NCBI GenBank assembly: GCA_039030515.1
Contig: JBCCEA010000011.1
Location: 1 to 64,000, forward strand
Direction: 5' to 3'
DNA: 64,000 nucleotides
From: Myxococcota bacterium
GTDB lineage: Bacteria > Myxococcota_A > Polyangia > Polyangiales > Houyiibacteriaceae
Part shown: positions 57,782-64,000 of the stretch, one piece after another
How positions within the stretch are numbered: position 1 is the first letter of the stretch
How the letters are laid out: each line of letters begins with the position of its first letter
Notes under the pieces: generated by a model
Told to the model about the DNA's origin: nothing
What the model saw: the letters and a program-made list of their open reading frames with translations, nothing else
The model's database searches: none
Program-made: the position numbers and the translations under genes

Positions 57782-59482
57782 CTACCTATCAGACGTCGGA
57801 ATGGGCGTCCAGACCTGTCGGACGTAGTCCAGCGCCCCCTCGACTGCAGGGGGGCTCGGTGAAACCAACCACAGGTGAGGGAGGAGGGCTGCCGATGCGG
57901 GTAGGCACGCATACGCAAGCGTTTGAAGGCGACGCGGCAGGTGGCGGACTGCGCTCACCAAGCCGAGACAAAGAAGTAGGAGCAGAGGAGTCATGCCCAG
58001 AGCTCCAAACTCGCCCCATGGCGTCGTGCCGTTGATCGGGGCGTAGCCTGCCCGAATGAGTGGGATGAAGAGCTCTCGAAGTGGCTGCGCAATCGAGGGA
58101 GGGGGATGAGGAAACCAAGCTGAAGGGACTGCGCTTGCGATCAAACTTGCGGCGGCAAGCCCAACTGCCGCCGCGTTTACGGCTTTCGATGCGACTTGCA
58201 GGGTTCCGAAAACCGAAAGTGCATGAGCCGCCGCGTAGCCCAGAAAAGGGTAAAGCACCACGAGGTAGCGAGGCCCTACGCTCCAGCCTCCATCCCAGTT
58301 GTCCAGCATACAGATGGCGAGGAACAGGCCGACGATCGTCGTCGTCAGAAGCAAGCCCTCGCTCCGGTCTGCACGAAGACGAAACCAAAGTCCGGGCAAA
58401 GCAAAGACAAAAAAGGGAGAGAGTGCGATGAGGCCCAACCGGGGACTGAAAAGCAATTGGCGCGCGGCTTCAGGATGAAAGTGGGTTCCTCCAAAGAAGC
58501 CTCGCTCGTGAACCTCACGAAATGCAGCGGTTTCCACGTAAAGATGTCCTGGAGAGAGCGCATTCCCAAATGCGCTCTGCTGAAAGTGCATCATGACGAG
58601 CGTAGGAATGAGCGCTCCAAGGCCGAACGCGACCAGAGCCCGCCTGCGCCTCAGGCTCACCAAGGCGTAGAGGCACAACAGCACTGAGACGGGAAAGCAG
58701 GGGTACTCGAGAAGGCTCGTTCCTGCTGCGCACAGGCCAGCTGCGGTTGCAGTAGAAAGGCGGATCTCACGATGTCGTCGCGCCCTGGTCAGCCAAAGGA
58801 ACGCAGTGAATGCCGCGGCGGCGCTTAGGGCGTGGCTGACGAAAAGCAGCCCATACGCAAACATCGGAGACCCGAGTGCCACGACGAGTCCGCTCAGCGT
58901 GGCCCATCCAGGGTGGCACTCTTGAGCGAGCGAGCGAAGGTACCAGGCGTAAAAGAGAAGCATGGGAAGGATGGTGGCTCCCGCGCGCACGACCCAGGTT
59001 GCAACGGCGCGGTCCAGTTCCGCTTTTCCATTGAGCCAAGCATAGAGCGCGTAGAAGGGCACACCGAGCAAGCTGGTTCCGGGGGCTTTTACGCTGTAGT
59101 GGTGACGCGTCCACGGCTTGACGGAGTACGAGTGTTCACAAGGCCTCCGTCTCCCGTCCGGATGCCGCTCCACACAGGCCGCGTCGTTCGTCCAGCCCCA
59201 TTTCTGCCTCTGAGTGTCGATGGCGTACGTGCCTTCTTCGACCAGGGCGGCGGTCATGTAGAGTCGGACGTTTTCGTTTGGATTGTTGACCTTTGGGAAA
59301 TAAGGGAACACCCACAGCAGGCAGCCTGCGATGGTCCACCATACCCATCGAGTGCGCATCCCCACATGCATCCGAGCACTGATCTGATGCGCCTTTTCGG
59401 TCTGCAGGGGAGGGCCTCCAGGGGGCTTTTCGTCCGCAATAGGTTGGCCAAAAGACCGCTCTTCCATCTGGTCGTTGTCCAT
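57782..59482 (-). CDS. Polytopic membrane protein, GT-C fold glycosyltransferase-like
   Basis: NPNENVR..ALVEEGTYAID, YSVKAPGTSLL, LLFSPRLGL..LSP, WDGGWSVGPRYL; many TM segments; start moved to MDNDQ. Confidence 0.7.
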   Translation of the reverse strand: MDNDQMEERSFGQPIADEKPPGGPPLQTEKAHQISARMHVGMRTRWVWWTIAGCLLWVFPYFPKVNNPNENVRLYMTAALVEEGTYAIDTQRQKWGWTNDAACVERHPDGRRRPCEHSYSVKPWTRHHYSVKAPGTSLLGVPFYALYAWLNGKAELDRAVATWVVRAGATILPMLLFYAWYLRSLAQECHPGWATLSGLVVALGSPMFAYGLLFVSHALSAAAAFTAFLWLTRARRHREIRLSTATAAGLCAAGTSLLEYPCFPVSVLLCLYALVSLRRRRALVAFGLGALIPTLVMMHFQQSAFGNALSPGHLYVETAAFREVHERGFFGGTHFHPEAARQLLFSPRLGLIALSPFFVFALPGLWFRLRADRSEGLLLTTTIVGLFLAICMLDNWDGGWSVGPRYLVVLYPFLGYAAAHALSVFGTLQVASKAVNAAAVGLAAASLIASAVPSAWFPHPPPSIAQPLRELFIPLIRAGYAPINGTTPWGEFGALGMTPLLLLLCLGLVSAVRHLPRRLQTLAYACLPASAALLPHLWLVSPSPPAVEGALDYVRQVWTPIPTSDR

Positions 59483-59588
59483 GCCGCTACACTCGACTTC
59501 CTTTGCGCTACGCACCCCTTCGCTCGTCTCGATACGGACGTAGCATGAAGGTTGACTTGGAGATCCAGGTCGACAGGCTGGCCTTATC

Positions 59589-60941
59589 ATGGCCTACGAG
59601 AAAAGTGTTGGATCGAAACAGGCGGGCACGCATCGCGATCCTCGAGTTCTGCCGCTTGCTGTGCCGATCATGCTCTCCAACGTATCGACCCCTCTTGTTG
59701 GGGTGATCGATACCTCGGTCGTCGGACAACTTGAAGATCCCTCCGGTATCGGGGCGGTATCTTTGGGGTCCATGGTGTTCACCGTTGTCTTTTTGGCGTT
59801 CGGATTTCTTCGCATGGGCACGACAGGTCTGACTGCGCAGGCGGTTGGGGCGGCAGATCGAGATGAAGAAGCTTTGACGTTGTGCCGAGGCTTGGTGGTT
59901 GCCTTCGCGGCTGGAGTCATGATTCTAGTTTTCTCCCCCCTGCTCCGAGAGCTTGCGTTTCTGACCTTAGAGGGCAGCGCCGAGGTAGAGAGAGGCGCAC
60001 GTACGTACTTCAACATCCGCGTCATCTCGGCTCCCTTTGCGCTGACCAACTACGTGATCGTGGGCTGGTTCGTGGGTAGAGGTCGAACGGATGTCGCCTT
60101 GTCTGTCCAACTGCTGCTCGGCGGAGTCAATCTCGTTTTGGACGCGCTGCTGGTACTCGCTTTTGAACTTGGTATCGAAGGCATCGCTTGGGGCACCTTG
60201 AGCGCTGAGGTAGTCGCCATGGCGACAGGGCTCTGTCTCGCCTTAAGACACCGAGTCTTTCGGGTCGGTCTCTACGGCCAGGGTGCGCTCGGTCGTCGGT
60301 TGTTCGACCGCTCCAAAGTGAGGCGCCTGCTCTCGGTCAACGTAGATATCATGGTCCGCTCCGTCGCCCTTACCTCGGTGTTTCTCTGGTTCACCGCAAA
60401 GGGGGCGGCATTCGGTGACGTAACGCTGGCCGCCAACACCATACTCGCCCACAGCATTTCAGTTTCTGCTTATTTCTTGGACGGTCTCGCGTTCGCTACT
60501 GAGACGCTGGTCGGACAGGCGTTTGGCAAACGAGACGTGCGCGCACTCGTGCAGAGCGTTCGTCGGGCGAGCATCTGGGCGCTCTTGTTTGCGTCCGCTC
60601 TCTCCCTGTCTATCTTCTGGCTGGGTCCCTTAGGCATCGACGCACTGACTGTCGATGAGGAGACTCGTTTGACTGCGAAAACCTACCTGCCGTGGGCCTC
60701 GCTCGGCCCAATCTTCGGCGTCGCGGCATATCAGCTCGATGGTGTCTTTATCGGGGCTACGCGCACTGGCCATATGCGAAATGCGATGTTGCTTTCTCTT
60801 GCGCTCTTTGCGTGTGCCTATGTCCTGCTCCGGCCTTACGGGAACCATGGTCTGTGGATCGCCCTACTGCTGCACTATCCCGCACGCGCGGTCACTTTGC
60901 TTTGGGGCGTTCCCGAGCTCCTCAGGGCTGCTCAGGAGTAG
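59589..60941 (+). CDS. MATE family efflux transporter (DinF-like)
   Basis: LAVPIMLSNVSTPLVGVIDT, FGFLRMGTTGLTAQA, LDGLAFATETLVGQA, LDGVFIGAT, GNHGLW. Confidence 0.94.
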   Translation: MAYEKSVGSKQAGTHRDPRVLPLAVPIMLSNVSTPLVGVIDTSVVGQLEDPSGIGAVSLGSMVFTVVFLAFGFLRMGTTGLTAQAVGAADRDEEALTLCRGLVVAFAAGVMILVFSPLLRELAFLTLEGSAEVERGARTYFNIRVISAPFALTNYVIVGWFVGRGRTDVALSVQLLLGGVNLVLDALLVLAFELGIEGIAWGTLSAEVVAMATGLCLALRHRVFRVGLYGQGALGRRLFDRSKVRRLLSVNVDIMVRSVALTSVFLWFTAKGAAFGDVTLAANTILAHSISVSAYFLDGLAFATETLVGQAFGKRDVRALVQSVRRASIWALLFASALSLSIFWLGPLGIDALTVDEETRLTAKTYLPWASLGPIFGVAAYQLDGVFIGATRTGHMRNAMLLSLALFACAYVLLRPYGNHGLWIALLLHYPARAVTLLWGVPELLRAAQE

Positions 60942-61023
60942 TCGACCGATAAGGGAGATTGGGTCCCATTTTCGCCGTTCAATGCCGGACTCGCTCAAGC
61001 GATCGGCGCACTCAACTAGGGGA

Positions 61024-61362
61024 TCATCGGAGGTCCCAAGTGGAGATCAACCATTCCAGCACTTCGTCCTCACGTCGATCGACGCCGTCGCACTGGGCGA
61101 TTTCGTGTAGGACCGTGTATATCCAAAGCCGAATCTCAGGTCGCGTCACGTAGGCAACCTGCATGAAAACATCGTCGGCGGTTTCCAGCTTCTCCTGCGC
61201 GGTCCGCATCAGTTTCCAAAACAGTTGGCTTCCGACTGACGCTGCAATTTGCCCAAGCATCTTCGCTTCTGGTCCGGTAAACGACCCGTCACTGCGGACG
61301 ATCAAACGGATAAGTCCGGCGAATGCGAGTTGTTCGTGCTCGTTCAAAGCTTCGATCTTCAC
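61024..61362 (-). CDS. Small TerB-like helical protein
   Basis: LIVRSDGSF...E and IAQCDG.D..E repeats typical of the TerB fold; GTG start inferred. Confidence 0.55.
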   Translation of the reverse strand: MKIEALNEHEQLAFAGLIRLIVRSDGSFTGPEAKMLGQIAASVGSQLFWKLMRTAQEKLETADDVFMQVAYVTRPEIRLWIYTVLHEIAQCDGVDRREDEVLEWLISTWDLR

Positions 61363-61467
61363 AGTGATGTCTGCTCGGCCAAGGCTTGTTTGAAATAAGG
61401 ATAGTCTGTAGCAAAGGACGCTGTCGAGACCGGCAGCATTTTGATGAATACGTGGCATTATTGAGAT

Positions 61468-62037
61468 ATGGAATTGCAGACCGGAACTTTGCTGGTCGCC
61501 GCACCCGATCAAGTCGATCGTGCGCTTGAGCGCACCGTCGTACTACTCGCGGAGCATGGCGAAGACGGTTCTCTCGGGCTGGTCATCAATCGCCCTTCCC
61601 ATCGGCGGCTCGACACGATCGTGGCTGATGTTTGCGATATACCGGATACGAGGATTCTTTCGGACGTACCGGTGCTTCATGGAGGGCCGCATCGACCCGA
61701 CAGTGGTTGGCTTGTCTTCGATGTTCGAGGTGAGAACAAGCCTGTTGAGCCACACCTCGCTTTGACCGATGAGCTCGCGCTCACCGCCAGTCCTCAGGTG
61801 CTGGTTTCGCTGTTGTCTGCTCAGAAGATACCGCAGTTTCTGTTCGCTTTAGGGTACCTCGCCTGGCAACCGGGCGAGCTTGAGTTGCAGGTGGCATGCA
61901 CCCACTGGTTTGTGCTCCCAGCCGATGCCTCGCTGGTCTTCGACGTGCCCTTGGAGCGCCGTTGGGAGTCCGCTCTGGCCTCGCACTTGGGGATTCCGCC
62001 TGGTTGGGGGCCTCCTGTTCCCTGGGCTGAAACCTGA
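61468..62037 (+). CDS. YqgE/AlgH family protein
   Basis: GTLLVAAP, ERTVVLL..H..GSLGLVINRP, GGP, GYLAWQPGELELQ. Confidence 0.9.
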   Translation: MELQTGTLLVAAPDQVDRALERTVVLLAEHGEDGSLGLVINRPSHRRLDTIVADVCDIPDTRILSDVPVLHGGPHRPDSGWLVFDVRGENKPVEPHLALTDELALTASPQVLVSLLSAQKIPQFLFALGYLAWQPGELELQVACTHWFVLPADASLVFDVPLERRWESALASHLGIPPGWGPPVPWAET

Positions 62038-62094
62038 AGTTCTTGCTTCGTTCTATCGAGAATCGTTCGTTCTACGCCGGTCGTTGGAGGATCT

Positions 62095-62943
62095 GTGGTT
62101 CATGCAGTGACAAAACCCGTTGCCCCATTTCTTTCTGCACAGGGCCACATCGAGGTTCATCAGATACCGGTTGCCCAGGACAATTTGTCCTGGCTGATTC
62201 GCGTCACGGGCAGCGATGAAGCTGCCGTAGTCGACGGAACAGAAGCGGAAGCCGTTTTAGCGTACTGTAAGAAACTCGGTGTGCGACTGACCACCGTGCT
62301 CAATACGCATACCCACTGGGACCATATTGGAGTGAATCTGGGGTTGCGCGCGTTGGGGTTGCTCAGTGCCGTCCGAGTTGTCGGATCGAAGCTGCAGGCG
62401 CACAACATTCCGGGGCTGACGCATCCTGTGGGCGAGGGGGATGTCGTCAGTCTGGGGTCGGCTTCCGCCAAAGTCTTACTTACCGAAGGACATATGGATG
62501 GACATATTTGCTTTCTCTTTGATGACATTCTTTTCTGCGGCGACACCCTTTTTGGGGGAGGATGTGGTTACATTTTCGACGGGCCGCCTTCGAAGATGCA
62601 CCACAGCCTCAATCGGTTGGCGACGCTGCCTCGGTCCACACGCGTGTGCTGTGCGCATGAGTACACTGAGGACAACATGCGTTTTGCGTGGTCGGTGGAG
62701 CCAGATAATGAATTACTGAAAGAGCGAGTCAGTCGCGTTCGGCAGGTGCGTCAGAAGGGTGGATGTACGGTTCCTTCGACTATCGGTGAGGAACTCGATA
62801 CCAACCCGTTCATGCGCTGTGATTCACCTACGATTGCCGCGAAGTTGCGCTCGACGTTCCCCAGTCGGGATCTGAGTTCCTCCGAGGCTATCTTCACGGC
62901 GATTCGGGAACTCAAGGATCGAAAAGACTACAAGCAGTTGTGA
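62095..62943 (+). CDS. gloB: Hydroxyacylglutathione hydrolase (glyoxalase II)
   Basis: DNLSWL, THTHWDH, GHMDGH, FCGDTLFGGGCG, CAHEYT, PSTIGEE..TNPFMR. Confidence 0.93.
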   Translation: MVHAVTKPVAPFLSAQGHIEVHQIPVAQDNLSWLIRVTGSDEAAVVDGTEAEAVLAYCKKLGVRLTTVLNTHTHWDHIGVNLGLRALGLLSAVRVVGSKLQAHNIPGLTHPVGEGDVVSLGSASAKVLLTEGHMDGHICFLFDDILFCGDTLFGGGCGYIFDGPPSKMHHSLNRLATLPRSTRVCCAHEYTEDNMRFAWSVEPDNELLKERVSRVRQVRQKGGCTVPSTIGEELDTNPFMRCDSPTIAAKLRSTFPSRDLSSSEAIFTAIRELKDRKDYKQL

Positions 62944-62957
62944 GGCAGTGACGCCAT

Positions 62958-64000
62958 TCAAAGTGAGTGATTGGCCTCCTGCATCGGCGTGAATACAGAC
63001 TCGGTGTTGTTAGTGAGGGCACAGGCTATGTATGGAGACACAACCGGAACCACTGGACCAGAGTACACGCTTCTTATCGCTGCCAAGACGGCTTGTTGCA
63101 CTTCCCTTGGTGCGATGGCGCCGGCTCTTGGATCCGGGTGGCAGTTTAAGCCGACGGACTTGAAGTTCACTTTCAACACAAAAAGCCCAGAACTCGTGAC
63201 ACCAGGATTCGCAACAAGAGACAGCGCAAAGCCCCACATGTCCTTGATTACATCCTTATCGTTGGGCCGCGGCGCGTAGTCCTGCCAGTCGTCTGGCCCG
63301 TACACGGCCTCATACATGTTTTCGGATACTCTCAAGTGTCCTGTCGTCCGCGGAACAACGTGTCCCCGCCGAAACGCTTCATCCTGCTGAGGCGAGGGTT
63401 CGTTTGGTACTGCGCGTGAAGGGTGCAAGGCTATCGAGCCGTTATAGAACACACCGGTGAAGCCGGTTCCAACCGGCACACCAGTCAGCATGTGTTCGAA
63501 CAGGATGTGGGCGTCGACAGGCGGCTTGACTCCGCCCAGGGCGTACCAACTTTGGAAGTGACGTCTCCCGTCGTTCACAGGAACAACCCTTATCCTAATC
63601 GGACCAGATTTTTCATCAAAAGCGAGTCTCATAGGTCTCACGGCGGGCAAGACATACGATCTGTTCAGATCGTCGATCTGAACAGCAGCTCTGCATCCCG
63701 GGAACAGGAGGACATCGAGGCGGATGTCCCCTGTGCCCTGCCATTCGAGGCCCTGGCGTGGAGCAAGCCACTCTCCGGGAGGTGGTCCAAGAGCACCCAG
63801 ACCATCGGAACTCGGTGTGGACTCAGGTCCTGACTCCGGTGTGCAGCGCACATATACGCAAAGAGGATAGACGCTTTCTTTGGGCCGGTGTCCCGGTGAA
63901 GTGAAATTAGACCTTGAACAAGGAGAGATGCTTTGGCGGTATGGTCCAGGTCTCAGTCCATTCGGGCCCAAAGGTGAATACCGTCCAAAAATACCTTGCC
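62958..64000 (-). CDS. Hypothetical protein, 5'-truncated by the window end
   Basis: Reading frame has no stop from 62958 to the window edge; C-terminal ~200 aa are globular-looking. Confidence 0.6.
   Translation of the reverse strand, partial: QGIFGRYSPLGPNGLRPGPYRQSISPCSRSNFTSPGHRPKESVYPLCVYVRCTPESGPESTPSSDGLGALGPPPGEWLAPRQGLEWQGTGDIRLDVLLFPGCRAAVQIDDLNRSYVLPAVRPMRLAFDEKSGPIRIRVVPVNDGRRHFQSWYALGGVKPPVDAHILFEHMLTGVPVGTGFTGVFYNGSIALHPSRAVPNEPSPQQDEAFRRGHVVPRTTGHLRVSENMYEAVYGPDDWQDYAPRPNDKDVIKDMWGFALSLVANPGVTSSGLFVLKVNFKSVGLNCHPDPRAGAIAPREVQQAVLAAIRSVYSGPVVPVVSPYIACALTNNTESVFTPMQEANHSL

Noticed and set aside
58832..59548. 238-aa plus-strand ORF (also 45593-46348 on the minus strand)
   Set aside because: These are antisense to well-supported genes, which is expected in GC-rich DNA.

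Overview
A mostly housekeeping bacterial chromosome segment, most likely from a Myxococcota (Polyangia-like) genome. This assignment is inferred from three TIGR02266/PilZ-like proteins, a Dsg-like IF3 and the deltaproteobacterial-type infC-rpmI-rplT-pheST-ihfA-merR-tRNA-Pro-surE order. Core genes are rpoN-hpf-rapZ, plsB, rplM-rpsI-argC, tRNA-Val(GAC), tRNA-Pro(GGG), apt, selO, cbpA, ilvD and gloB. No transposase, integrase, prophage, rRNA or CRISPR array is evident. The best candidates for undescribed biology are: (1) a ~1500 aa membrane protein built from two homologous halves; (2) a c-di-GMP neighbourhood around rpoN, with a REC-GGDEF cyclase, three PilZ-like proteins (two sharing an unannotated helical N-terminal domain) and back-to-back sigma54-type sites; (3) two lipid-linked glycosylation gene sets (GT2 + deacetylase + formyltransferase + ArnT-like, and GT2 + GT-C + methyltransferase + discoidin protein); (4) a TIGR02757 protein with an EndoIII-like Cys cluster; (5) a truncated toxin-like ORF at the window end. 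All calls come from motif recognition by eye; no searches were run.
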